Below, piece by piece: positions 40,445-54,371 of a DNA stretch of 64,000 bases. Each line of letters opens with the position of its first letter. Position 1 is the first letter of the stretch. The translations under genes were made by a program, and so were the position numbers. The stretch comes from Octopus bimaculoides (taxonomy: Eukaryota): the NCBI RefSeq assembly GCF_001194135.2, contig NC_068981.1, positions 141,329,746 to 141,393,745 on the forward strand, written 5' to 3'. The notes under the pieces were generated by a model, which searched no databases, had not been told where the DNA came from, and saw only the letters and a program-made list of their open reading frames with translations.

Positions 40445-41908
40445 AGGTGCATATATATTATTTGTAAATAGATATACTAGTCAATCAAATTCTAGCACTT
40501 TCTTGTTTTCTCCTTTCTCAGTAACTTTTACAGATTTCAAGTACTCACAAGTTTTTATAATAACATTCAAGTAACAATGTATGTTGTATCGTATTATTTA
40601 TCTATATACACTTTCAATGTTACAACACTTCTTAAGTGAACATTCTTTAAAATCAATTCAATTCTTAGTTATATTATATTGTTAATTTACATCGGGTTCG
40701 AAATTCTGAATAACATTGTTTTCTTTTACTCTTGTTCGACAACTTTCATGTTTTATCTCGACATCGTGGTGGTTGGTCGCAAAGCGACAGCAACCATCTG
40801 GTTGGTGGTGTTGTGCAATTAATTGGAAAATTCGAAAATTATAGATAATATAAGAACGTTTTTCGGGATAGAATTAAATTCAAATTCAGTTCAATATATC
40901 ATTATTTATATTATTGTATTTCCAAACGCGTTTAAAATTTTGGACGATATTTCTTTTCCTTCTCTTCTGGCTTCACATGAGGCATATATTTTATAAAATT
41001 CAAATACTAAAGCCAAGCGTTAGAGATTGTTACAAAGAATAAAAACTCATTAAGAAAAAAAAGGTAAATACCGAAATTACAAAAATCGTATTATGCTGGA
41101 AATTGAATCATTAACAAAAACATTTACATAAATATGCGCGCGTGTGAATGTGTATGTGGGTGCGTGTGTATGCATGTGTGAGTGAGTATATATATATATA
41201 TATATATATATATNNNNNNNNNNNNNNNNNNNNNNNNNNNNNNNNNNNNNNNNNNNNNNNNNNNNNNNNNNNNNNNNNNNNNNNNNNNNNNNNNNNNNNN
41301 NNNNNNNNNNNNNNNNNNNNNNNNNNNNNNNNNNNNNNNNNNNNNNNNNNNNNNNNNNNNNNNNNNNNNNNNNNNNNNNNNNNNNNNNNNNNNNNNNNNN
41401 NNNNNNNNNNNNNNNNNNNNNNNNNNNNNNNNNNNNNNNNNNNNNNNNNNNNNNNNNNNNNNNNNNNNNNNNNNNNNNNNNNNNNNNNNNNNNNNNNNNN
41501 NNNNNNNNNNNNNNNNNNNNNNNNNNNNNNNNNNNNNNNNNNNNNNNNNNNNNNNNNNNNNNNNNNNNNNNNNNNNNNNNNNNNNNNNNNNNNNNNNNNN
41601 NNNNNNNNNNNNNNNNNNNNNNNNNNNNNNNNNNNNNNNNNNNNNNNNNNNNNNNNNNNNNNNNNNNNNNNNNNNNNNNNNNNNNNNNNNNNNNNNNNNN
41701 NNNNNNNNNNNNNNNNNNNNNNNNNNNNNNNNNNNNNNNNNNNNNNNNNNNNNNNNNNNNNNNNNNNNNNNNNNNNNNNNNNNNNNNNNNNNNNNNNNNN
41801 NNNNNNNNNNNNNNNNNNNNNNNNNNNNNNNNNNNNNNNNNNNNNNNNNNNNNNNNNNNNNNNNNNNNNNNNNNNNNNNNNNNNNNNNNNNNNNNNNNNN
41901 NNNNNNNT

Positions 41909-43930
41909 ATTCACTTGGTTCAGCTTTATTTTATATTAAGTTTATCTCGGCCAGAGTTCTTTCGTCACACTCCTGTGGTCCTATGATTTCTTCTTTCTTT
42001 TTTGTGTCTCTCCTTTGTATGTGTCTTGATTTGCGCATGCGTATATCCCTGTCTGTGTCTATGTTTAGTAAGTGTGTGTGGGTGTGTGTGTGGGGGGGGA
42101 ATGTGTATGGTGGCTGCGTTATCAATATCCCCTGTTTATACACGTTAGCTTAATTTCTATTTATTTTATTCATTTGTTTTTATCTACTTACTTTTTCATT
42201 TCTTTCTTTTTTTGTATTAATTTAATTTATTTTGTTTTTGTATATAGTTATTTAATTTCATTTATTTATCTGTGTATTGTATTATATTCATATTATTATC
42301 AATTTATGGGGATCTTATTCTGTCATAAGTTGAGATGTGTGTGGTGGGTTGCTAGTGTTCCATTCTAATTTTCTATTCAGGCTAGGTTTATTTTCTATTA
42401 TTTGTGTAGCTTCCATAATTTACTTAAGCGATACGTCTGTTCTAGATTTTAACTACTATGTTTTTGTGTGAGACCCTGTTTTCCGTCTCGGTGTGCTGGA
42501 ACCGATGAAAGGAACGATGAGCTCTTCCCTTTCTTAAGTTCCTTCCAATGCACATTTACCCGCTCTAATATGCTCCATGCTCTCTCCCCTGCGTACGTCG
42601 TTGTCTTGTTACTCCACCAGCCCTCTGCATATCTTATACTATAGAACACATTCCTAACTTTACAGTTTGTTTGTGGGCTAAATCTACATGCAATACAGTT
42701 CTTATCAGTACAGGAGTTCTACTAAAATGGTAGGTTCTACCGATTAGGGATTTGATAGGTTACTTGGCCATTCTACAACCGTAATTCTTAGCTTATGTTT
42801 GTCTAGGGCCGTTCTAAAGCGGTACGCCAGACCGCCTCTAGGGGTGGTGTCGACGAACATGACACTCAGGTATTTGTGGCTATTATACCATGAGTTGGCT
42901 TTCCCTATTTTCTCCTTACTCATTTCATGACTTGCTCCTATAGTGTGGGCAAATCCCACTCCTATCGTTACGTATGACAGTTTCAAATTTCCTCATGGCT
43001 CCTTTATATAATCTGATCCTTTCTGTATGGCTGTATCCTGAGAACTGCAGACGGTGAAAGAAGTGTATGTGTCTCTTTAACTCTGTAGTGTCACACATGC
43101 GGGACACATTTCGCATTACTCTGACGAGGTCTGCCATCACTATATTTACTTTGGCATTGTCCGCGATCGCTGAGTTACGATGGATCAGGTATTTGGAGTC
43201 CATATGTTTGGCATAGTGTGAATGGAAGATTTGGGTTTTATTATTCAGTTTCCAGCCAGAGTTCTGTATCTAGTACTGGTAGTCTTTGGTTATGGTGTTT
43301 CGTAGAGTAGTCTATCGTGTCCTTAATACTCTGGTGGATGGAGTTAGCTATTTGCTGGGTGCTTTCCATAGTATTAGTTTCTATTGCTATTTCAAGAGTA
43401 CTGTCTTGTGGCGGTACCTTTACCACTATGGTGATATCATCGTCATAGTTTGAGTATATGTTCATGGGTATGGAGTTCTGTGTCAGGCGTTCTTTAAGCC
43501 TCCTGCCCAACCATACCATGAAAGGTTTGGCCACTACCCCTCATTTTGGGTGTATATTTTGTTGTTAAACTTAAACGTGTGGCCTCTCAGGGTAACTCTT
43601 ACACTAGCTCCTAGCGCATGTGCGATCATTTTCTTTATTTGATATTCGTTTTCGGGGATCCGTATGTCTCTGGTCCATCCGCTCCACCTCTCTATAGAGG
43701 TCTTCTGAGCTATAGATGTAATTATTAAGTGGGTGAGCCAACCTTTTAAGCAACTACTGGACCAGAAACGTCTAAGGTCATGTTGGTCTAGATACGATTG
43801 TCATATGTGAGTCTAAGTAGGGGGCCCAGTTCCTCTGTGTTGACATTACAGAACTCCACTTCGCACTCGCTAATCATCGCCACGGACATTGCCACCGCAA
43901 AATCCATGTCGATGGATGGGTATAGATATA
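41909..43930 (-). mobile_element. Penelope-like retroelement (RT + Cys-rich linker + C-terminal GIY-YIG), pseudogenised; both ends abut N gaps
   Basis: Minus translations: LYPSIDMDF...NVNTEELG; HTFKFNNKIYTQNEG; IYSNYDDDI (YxDD); IANSIH...LPVLDTELW; thumb region ...LVRVMRN...LQFSGYS; MFVDTTPRGGLA; linker (C)TDKNCIAC..NC; VFYSI...TYAGERAWSILERVNVH (GIY-YIG-like). 3' region carries a hammerhead remnant. Confidence 0.88.
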
Positions 43931-44055
43931 NNNNNNNNNNNNNNNNNNNNNNNNNNNNNNNNNNNNNNNNNNNNNNNNNNNNNNNNNNNNNNNNNNNNNN
44001 NNNNNNNNNNNNNNNNNNNNNNNNNNNNNNNNNNNNNNNNNNNNNNNNNNNNNNN

Positions 44056-44089
<34 letters not shown>

Positions 44090-44635
44090 TATACGTACAC
44101 ACACCCACTCCCACAACGTTCGCACACACATACACAGGGGATATATCAGACTTACTGTACTCACCAGATATTCTTCATTCAGAGGGAAATCGATAGTTTA
44201 TAAATTATGTAATGACTTTAGAATCTTTAAGTCATTTGTTTCGTATACCATTTTGTTATCACACGTCAGTGATAATCTTTTATCTGCCATTGATTTCGTG
44301 AGATATTTATGGAGGTATACAATCCTCAAAACGGCTGACGAGAATAAAAACATTGTGTGAAGGTTTATTAGATATGTGTGATGATTCATATGGTGAGATG
44401 TTATTTGTCATCACTCTTTGATCTAATCATATATATTATTGGCCAAGATAAAGTTTTTTGCTTCTTGTATGCATTTCATGCACGAAGTAAGCAAGTAATC
44501 ATACACGATCACAAATGGGCATATATGCTTTCGTTACAACACGTCCAACTTACACCTACATGTTTATATTGGCTTTCTGAGAAGTTCACACATCGTATGT
44601 TACGCCATTTGTTCGTGGAAATGTATTATTTACAG

Positions 44636-44745
44636 TATATGCGTCGGAATCATCAAAATTACCTCGGGCCTTTTGTCGTTTGGCTGAAGATGCAAAGAAA
44701 TCTGTTGAGTGGTGGCGGGGCTGCCAAAACGATTCTGCTTTCCAT
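44636..44745 (+). CDS. candidate internal coding exon, product unknown
   Basis: Acceptor tattatttacAG| and donor CAT|GTAAGG; GC-elevated; open frame YASESSKLPRAFCRLAEDAKKSVEWWRGCQNDSAFH. Confidence 0.4.
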
Positions 44746-45600
44746 GTAAGGTTTGTGTTGTTATTAATAATTTCTGAAATTATATTTCACTTTTCCTGAA
44801 TCAGAGATTCCTCCGAAAGTTTTATGATATTTCTATCATTTTAAAGTAGTATTAATCATATCGCTCCAGTTCAATATAACAACAATAACCTCAAAATAAA
44901 TTTGCCAGAAAGAGTTGAATGTCTGGATGTACAATTATCATATATTGGTCGGTTAGTGTACTGAAATAAAGCAAAATATCATTCTATTGATAGGATAAAG
45001 TATGATTTTATTTTCCTTGTAATACGTGCTGAATGGCTAAAAATACATGCCATATATTTCAACTTTACAGTTCAATTAGAAAGCTCGTTTAACATCAAAT
45101 GGATCCTTTCATGATTACATAAACATCACTAATCCTGATAGAATCCATCCGTCTCCACCCTTCTTGGAATTGATGGAAATTTCATGAAACCAATATAGAT
45201 GAACTGGATCAAATAACGAAGTTATATTGCCATTAACCGCACGTTTACTATTTTTTTTGTAAGTATTTATTTTAAAATTCGAAAAGCAGAATTATATGAA
45301 GCTTCTTGAACGGAATACGTAATGTATAAGAGAATAAAAAAGAATCGCGTATCAAAACTATTAGCAATCTACAGTATCTCATGTGAGCTTGCTCAGATCT
45401 CTTTGATCAGAGCAACTTATTGTATAATGTATATGTTGATTTCTTTATGCCCTTGGTGACATATCCATATATCGCTTTGTCTTACACAGACACACGCACA
45501 CAAACGCACATACACCCACTGACACATATACACACAAACACGCACATAAACATACAAATATATATCGGATATACATAATACACTTATATATCAGATATAC

Positions 45601-45638
<38 letters not shown>

Positions 45639-45671
45639 ATATATGTGTGTGTATGTGTGAGAGAGAGAGCG

Positions 45672-45717
<46 letters not shown>

Positions 45718-46526
45718 TGTACATTTATTCAGTGAGTTCTAAACATAAGCTTGCTTTTCTGTACTCTTTCATTTCCAATATCTTTTGCCTGCATAGTATT
45801 GTATTTTGTTATTTCTACTTATTGTTAGAGATATATTGGATAATTATTGCGTGGTTGCATTCATTTTATTATCTTTGTTTATATTCACCTTTACTTATTC
45901 CCTATTTTCAGTATTTTGAAGCTTCATTTATTCACTCTTTACCTTACCCTATAGTCAATATTATTGACCCATCTCTATTCTTTATATGTAATTCCATTTC
46001 CTCTGTAGTTCTTTCTCTATCATATATAATTCCCAAAATTGAGTATAGAAAGGAAATACATACTTTTGGTTTTGTCAGATATTTATTCGACTGCAAATAC
46101 AACTACTGTAAACTAATTGAGGTTATGATTAGTATTAGGTAGCATATGTGATATCTATAATGACATTAATAACTCATAATTAAATGTTCTTTCGCCTTGT
46201 ATAACTATTATTACGCTCATATTAATTGTTTAAATATATTATTATTAGCGTGAAATTATATTATTAGTGAGAAATTTGTCCAGGGAAATATAGAGATACA
46301 CATATAGATAAATCAATAACTAATTAATTCAATTTTCAACTTAAATACTTGAAAGTGATATTATATATCAAGAATATTTTGATAAACCATTGATAAATAT
46401 GATTCTAGTTTAAATTACGCTGCTGTTCTCAATCGTAGTTCCCTATGATGAAAAAGTATTACATTCTTGCTAGATGCTGCATCAACTCCGTCGTCGTGGA
46501 ACGAGTTATCTTGTTTGTAGTGGAGG

Positions 46527-46743
46527 TGCGAAGGGGTGTTAAAAAGTTCCTGGCTTCGGATAAAAGAAAATGCAGAAAGAGTAGTTATGATTTCATTTAA
46601 AATATTTCTCTCTCAGAGTCACACGCTTATTGCAGCTGTCCTTCAGTTTTTCCAAGCCCTGGAAAAGAACGCGGGAGGTTGGGCCTAAAACCGGGCCTTT
46701 TGCGATACCTTTAATGCCAGAAACTTGTCAGTGCCCCGTCGTA
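46527..46743. mobile_element. mariner-type MITE
   Basis: Imperfect TIRs tgcgaaggggtgttaaaaagttcctggc and gccagaaacttgtcagtgccccgtcgta; no coding capacity. Confidence 0.65.
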
Positions 46744-47195
46744 ACTGCATACTATGCATACTGATGAGTCAGTCACTATCCTGATATATGTTCAGCTCTT
46801 CATTATGCTCCTCAAAACATATGAACATCTTTAGAGTGACATCTTTCGATTTTTCCTATAAAGTTCCGAAATTTACTGTGCCCATGCTCATGGTGGTAGT
46901 TTGCACTGGTTTTCTTCCCATGGGAATTTTCATTGCGATTGAAATATAAGTATTGCACTGATTTTCGGTCAAAGGGAAAGTTATCTGCCATGGAAACAGA
47001 ACAAGAAATACTTTCAGTATGTGACTAAGGGAGGTTTCTAACAGTCTAAACTTAACATAAATCTCAATCTACTAAGTTCCTTTTTACATGCATACATACA
47101 TACATACATATATACATACACACATACCTACATACATACACACAAACATATATATATATATATACATACATACACACACAACTATATATAGTCAC

Positions 47196-47227
<32 letters not shown>

Positions 47228-47285
47228 NNNNNNNNNNNNNNNNNNNNNNNNNNNNNNNNNNNNNNNNNNNNNNNNNNNNNNNNNN

Positions 47286-47331
<46 letters not shown>

Positions 47332-49531
47332 TGTGAATACATATGTAGAGGGAAACAATGGAAAGTGACATCCGTCAAGAGAAGAGGCAGCCGTGTTTTA
47401 ATGCTTCTGATGAAAGTATTACAAATCACAATGATTCACAAGCATATAATTGACTGAATAATTTTCAAGTATATTTCCCTTTTGAAGGTAAATTCTATTT
47501 TTTTCTATAAATATAAAATATCTTAAAGGAAAATGCTTCCATATTGACACGCAAATAATTCACTGTTTATTTGTACACAGATACAATGTAAGAGTCTTCT
47601 TCGATTTCTTGCGCAAGCGAACGGCAAATGTTCACTAATATTCTCACGCAAATATTTACTTGAAACATTACACGAAACTATGTGACCAACAAACAAAACC
47701 TTTTGTTAATTACCTGTTATAGATAAATATTTAGGATGACATCTTACTGTTTCCAATAGTACTGGACTATTTTGAAACCCCACCCCCAAGAAATTATCAA
47801 AACTACAGGTCGGAATATTATAAAACAGGGATAATAATTAATCACGGTTTCTACATCAAAGCCTATTTCTTTGTTGGGTGTTAGACAATACCACTGTCCC
47901 AGTACTTAGCTGCTACTTTATTTTATAGATCTCGTAGGAATGAAATCTATTTAAATATAAAATTCCATCCGCCATTTTACATTTAATGATCAGTGCAGAA
48001 ATTCGATACATTAGTCAGTGTTTGTCTCTGTCTTACTGATGCAGGAGACACAAATGTGCTACGTTTCAGTAATCGAACAGTAAGGCAAATAAATAATAAA
48101 ATAAATCGGATCTGAAGATCTCTCTAAAACCCTCCATTCAATATTGTTTTGCTTGTTACAGTCCTGCGGTATTACCAACACGACACTACCACCTTTACCT
48201 AGCGCTTACATTTGAGAGTCCATCGTTCAAATACTGGTACAACGCATTTTCTCTACTCCTCAGTTACAACAACTATTCCTACGGCAACCGGGCTTATATG
48301 ACTACCACCATCAGTTTGAATGTCATCATCGTTATCATAATCTACTACTTCTACTGCCACTACTACCACTATTTCCATCAATAACAAGAAATCAAACTTT
48401 TCTTCTTCTTCCTCGTCTCAATTCAACAATACCTCCACCAAATCTAGCGTCCTTCTACATTCAACAATTTCTGATATCTAAATATTCTCAAAAAAAAAAA
48501 AAGAAAAAACACCGCAAAGAGATCGACTTAGACACGTCTATAAACACACAGCTACTCCAACTCTAACCACACAAACAGAATAATATTTCCGAATCTTCAG
48601 CTATTCTGTACGCAAAAGTACATGCTTACTTCGTCTATCTCTCAGACACTAGACTAACACTACTGACCAGTATTTTAGTACATATCAACAATAGCATTTT
48701 ACGTATAGCAATGTGGATTAAGGATTCGACTGTCGATCACCCAAACCCAACGGATCTGTTTTCTAACGGCTATTGCGAATCGGTGTCCATACGCATTAAA
48801 ACCAATGACCTACCTATATGGAAGCTCTACTGATCACTTCGAGGACCACTAATCTGAATTTTAGCGTGTCTCCCAAATTATTGCCTTTATCACTCGCAAT
48901 ACAACTCCGAACACATCTTAATAATAGTTTTCGCGCTCCCTCTGAGTGCTTAACACAGTTTCATGGCTTCTAAATGGTTTGAGATAGTGGTACAACTCTG
49001 GTTTCATTTATGTTGATTTCATAATGTTTTCCAAAAAATCGATCACAGCATTCTGGACAATAATGGACAACATCGACGTCCATGGGAAAATGTTGCAATG
49101 AATTAAATGCTTCCTGACAAAATGAAACCAACATTTTGTGATGGGAGAAACATATTCAAGAGTATAAAAGGTCATTTGTGTGCTCCTATGTGGCATACTA
49201 ATGACTAATAATAAATACAAATGGCATTGCAAATATAAGGAAATATATTAAAATAAATTACTCCAATCTCTAGAAAAATCAAGTATACGATCGAAAAGAC
49301 TCTCAATCCGATCTATAAGCGCTTATAATGTGGACGAGAAAATTTAAATAAAATTTTATTAAATGAAGAAAATGTTCAACTCACCCGCTATGGAAAAGAG
49401 AATACGCGTGAACAACAATTTTCTCTTTAGTTGAGAATTTTCACATAATGTCAAACGATATCGATGTCTTCAATGTAACTGTGGGTCAGGAACACAAGCT
49501 GGAACGCGTAAATCAACTATAAAGTCGGTAT

Positions 49532-49915
49532 CGCGGCACTCCGTCGCTTACGACGTCGAGGGTTCCAGTTGATCCGATCAATGGAACAGCGTGCTCGTGA
49601 AAATTAACGTGCAAGTGGCTCAGCACTTCACAGACACGTGTACACTTAACGTAGTTCTCGAGGAGGTTCAGCGCGACACAGGCTGTGACAAGGTTGGCCC
49701 TTTGAAATACAGGTACAACGGAAACAGGAAGAAAGAGTGAGAGAAATTTGTGGTGAAAGAGTACAGCAGGGTTCGCCACCACCTCCTGCCGGACCCTCTT
49801 GGAGCTTTAGGTGTTTCCGCTCAATAAACACTTACAATGCCTGGTCTGGGAATCGAAACCGCGATCGTATGACCGCGAGTCCACTGCCCTAACCATTTGG
49901 CCATTGCGCCTCCAC
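49532..49915 (-). mobile_element. tRNA-derived SINE (about 380 bp), copy 2, with TSD
   Basis: Colinear with 32344-32720; TSD ataaagtcggtat at 49519-49531 and 49916-49928. Confidence 0.9.
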
Positions 49916-50771
49916 ATAAAGTCGGTATAATCCACAAATGCAATACCCTCATAGGTTCTTCCAAATTCCGGGGCCAGAGATCAGATATCATTCTCTTCAT
50001 TAGACTTGCTGATTCTGGCCGTAAATACCGATTTCCACTGTAGTCTTTTTACGCAAAACAAATTATTGCACCCTGCAAAAATGATCACAATAAATAATTA
50101 CATGATATAACAGGAAATGACAATTGATTTCGCAATCATATAATACATGCAATCTTCCCAACGCTACTCTGAGCATAATATCATGTGTAGAACGTGAAAA
50201 TTACTCCATCAGCATTGCCCTAACGATGCCAATATAAATTTCTCAAGTCAACTAAACTTTCATGCCATACTCCTAAACTTTCAGCCTAAACTTTCAACCT
50301 AAGCTTGCATGCAATACGCCCCCTCGCAAGAATCGCGCTAACATATAACAATATTGCAACAAATTCTTACGTCAACTGGTCGTCTACTATGCAACATTAT
50401 TTTGAAATGAGTCCGAGAAGGTAAGTACTGCATAACAGTCAAACGGTACGTTATTGACTTTAAGTCAGATTAGAAAAGCTTGGATCTACTTAAAAAAATA
50501 CTTTGATATCATGTGAAAAATTTTACCGACATTGTGCGGGAAAATAATCCCTTGAAAACCTGACTTGATGATGGATGAATTACAATTCCTGAAGCATGGA
50601 CGCATAATTTTGATAATGATTTCGTAGCAGCATCACCACAATAAAAGGCGAATGACGCCATCTAAGTTATATAATCAGTCCAACGGTGCTTATATCTAGT
50701 AGTTGTGTCTATTTTACTGCCATGAACTTTGAGCATTTCGCATATAAAGGATGCACTTTCTCGAAAACACG

Positions 50772-50807
<36 letters not shown>

Positions 50808-53156
50808 TGCACAATCACCACTCACACATACGCGCACACATGCGCACCTACACGCACAACCACCCTTACATACACACGTATATATATAAATTAGAGTAAA
50901 TCAGAATTTTATTTTGTTCACCTCTCCTCGATCTCCGTGACGCAGCATTGTTATCAATATTTTCAAAAAACGCTTTAACTTTAAATCTCTCGTGGCATTT
51001 ACGCTGATATCGGTGCTACTGTGATATAATGAATATTATCACAACACAGCCAAAATACTCTAAAAGGTATTTTAATCTATCCGTCTCCCCTTTGAGGATA
51101 TATAAACACGGCAGGTTATCATTTACAAAATCAATATTTATCTAGCAAGTTGTTCAAGCTTTTCCATTCTGCTGTATTTAACTGAGTTGCGTCTTGTACA
51201 TATCAAAACCCATGTATACTCATTTAAATACGCATAAAAATGCTAAATGGGTATCCGTCAGTTTCGACGATGTGTATACTAGTGCTTTGATGAATTTAAC
51301 AGCTGAGTCATATTATCAGCGAAGAACATGATATTATTACAACTTTATTTTTGACATGTTTCCTGTTTGCCAATAACGTAAAACTCAGGTAAATCAAACT
51401 TGAAGCTGTATAATGAAACTGAGACGTTGAATTAATCGTACCGTTAATCAAAGTCTTCGTCATCCTTTCCGTAGTGTCTACTAACTTTCATTCACAATTT
51501 CTGGACTTATTCGGAGACTATGGTGGAAAACACTTCTCCAATATACAGTACACATAGATCGAGGACAAGATCTTAGAGCTAAAAAAAAAACAAACAAAAA
51601 AACAATGTCGTGAAAATTCGGCCATGATAATACCCCTAGAATAATCTATATAAGTATTCTTACATGCGTACATATTTCTATGGAAACGCATACACATACA
51701 AGTGTATTCATACAGAATTATGAGTAAATATACAAAATAAACAAATTGTAAGAAAGATCATGATGGAATGATAGTCTTTCATTTCATTTTGATGATAAAA
51801 GTTTTATGTTTCTGATATTTTTCCAGTTTGAGCAAATTGCAACATTGATGATGAAAATGCAGTTTAGATTTATATGAATCATAATTAACAGTAAGCATTA
51901 CAAAGGCATAATTGAATCTATTGTCCATAAAGATAATATCACTTAGAAGTCAATTAATTGGTTCAACTAAATAACATACGCATGCAACAAAAATAATATG
52001 CAAAACAATAAAGTAATTATTAACAACAAATATCCAATTATTACTTAACAAAACAAATAACGAATAAATTGTAGTCAAATTGTGCAGAATGCCATTGAAC
52101 AATACATAATTTATAAGATTTTATCGTATGCTTGCAATCATATTTACTGGAGCTAATAATACATTATAGCAAAAATATTTTGAGTGTATTTTAATTATTA
52201 GAAGCGTGCCTCTCGAGGGACATAGTTAATTAGGCAGCTATTGCATGCTATATGGAAACATACGTTTTTCAATGCTTCATCGTTTTCCTCAAACTATAGA
52301 AAAACAAAATAAAAGTTATACTTTTTTACTGTAATATCTAACATATGAACTATGCCAGATTCTATCAGCAAGATTGTCACCAGATGTTACCAATATTGAA
52401 GCCAGTGAGTCGTATGCTAGATATTTGCCAATAAATCACGGTTTCAGAATGTAAGAACAAAAATATGGTCCTAATATGTTTTTACAAAATTTGTTTTCCC
52501 TATTTTTAATATAAACGTTGCCAAATATTTTTTTCTCATACGAGAAGCTGAATATATATCGATATTATTCAAATGAACGGCTATTCTGCAGTCAAATTAC
52601 ATGCATTTGCGTGTATGCTTTATATACATACATACACACACATGTTCACATCACTGAACAAACGGACATGTGTGCGTGCAATTATATGACATAGGTGTGT
52701 AAATACACACACTCACACACACACACATACATACACATATATTTGTAATTGTGTGTGCAATTATATGACGCGTACACACAAATAGACATTCGCAGACAAA
52801 CGCGGGCACATACATACATTTATGCATATGTACACGCACACATATGCAAGCATATGCACAGATACTTACCTATTCTTAAAAAAAGCCACATCATCCACAT
52901 ACACACAAACACAAGCAGTTACGCACACAAACACAAGCAGTTGCGCATACACACAGGTTGAAACACACTCACGTAAGCACTCACAAATTCACGCATATAT
53001 AAACATATACACTCATTCACAGAACCAAATCAGCTTCACGAAGAAGCACACAAGACCACACACTCGCAAGCGCACACACACACACTCAGGCACACAAGAC
53101 CACACACTCGCAAGCGCACACACACACTCAGGCACACAGAAACGTACGGAGGTGCT

Positions 53157-53189
<33 letters not shown>

Positions 53190-53268
53190 TGATACAGATA
53201 CTCGCACATACACACACTTAATATTTTCTGTCCTCTCCCACCCCACATAAAAAAGCTATACCCTACTT

Positions 53269-53637
53269 TAGTGACTCTCCACCGGGGTCCATATGATTCC
53301 TCGGGGTACATATAAGATTTTTGGCGTCCACGCAACCAATGTGGTAAATTAGGGATCCTCAGTAGTATGTTAAGCGTCCATAAATAGATTTTGTTTCAGA
53401 TATATTTATTGTAAGACACGACTAGGTTTCTAATGGTTTATAGTTTGACACGTTTCCACGCACTGAAACATGTTCTCTCAGAGATGGCTATTGTAAGCCC
53501 ACACAACTAAACGAGAGAAAAACCAAAAATAGGTGATTTGAAAGAAGTGTGTATAAAAGTAATTTTTAAACATGGAATAACTGTAGGGTCCAGAAGACTA
53601 AAATAGCAATCAAAGTAAGATATGGTTCAGAACCACT
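53269..53637. mobile_element. decayed hAT-like MITE
   Basis: Ends tagtgactctccaccggggtcc and ggttcagaaccact are degenerate inverted copies of an agtggttctcaacc-type TIR; internal ggggtcca/ggcgtcca/agggtcca subterminal motifs. Confidence 0.45.
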
Positions 53638-54371
53638 TTTCTACACTCAGAAAATATTTTCAGCAGATCTGAGACCGACCTCACAACAAGAGGCCTAAGA
53701 TATAAAGAAGTAACTGGTGGGTAGCGCACACATACCTAGAAGCACAGTAACACATATACACGCAGTTATTCGGGTGTATTCACATGACTACATATACACG
53801 CATGTACACGCACGCACACACACACACACATGAACACACTTATCGCTTATTCTCAACCTTAGCTCCTTTTCTAAGCAAATACACATCTACAAACAAGAGA
53901 AGAAGTACGCATACACAGAGGCATGAGAAAAATTCTCAGACAGACTCAGAATAGATCGTCCAGACCTTGGAGACGTCAGATGTAAATAATGAGATCCAAC
54001 GATGAAAAAAATTATAATGATCGTAAGTGCCATATTTCGAGATTTTTGTTCCTTCATCAGCACCCATCTAATAATTTATTAGCCAGGGAGACATTGTTTA
54101 AATAGCCGCTAAATAGAGCGGTGTAACGTTGTTGAATATAACGTTACAAACGAACTGAGTGTTTAACCAGTACATTAAACAAAAGATCGATTATTTAGTT
54201 GGTTAGTTACTTCACGAAGAGACTAACAATGAAGATGTGGAATTAAACCTGTGCGCGTGTTATTATAATTACACTATAACTTGTTTCAATTCTAGAATTA
54301 ACATTAAGAATGTTGCAATCCAAATACGAAAGCATGAAGCATGATATATATATATATATGGCTGATAGTTA

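Noticed and set aside
42449-42800. Possible Naiad-type selenoprotein (UGA recoding) in the Penelope-like element
   Set aside because: GIY-YIG is C-terminal rather than N-terminal, and no in-frame TGA was seen at linker Cys positions.
53047-53137. About 42-bp tandem duplication in a CA-rich tract; similar short tandems at 10780-10835, 31570-31660 and 60548-60590
   Set aside because: Two to three near-identical units without unique spacers; ordinary slippage repeats, not CRISPR-like.
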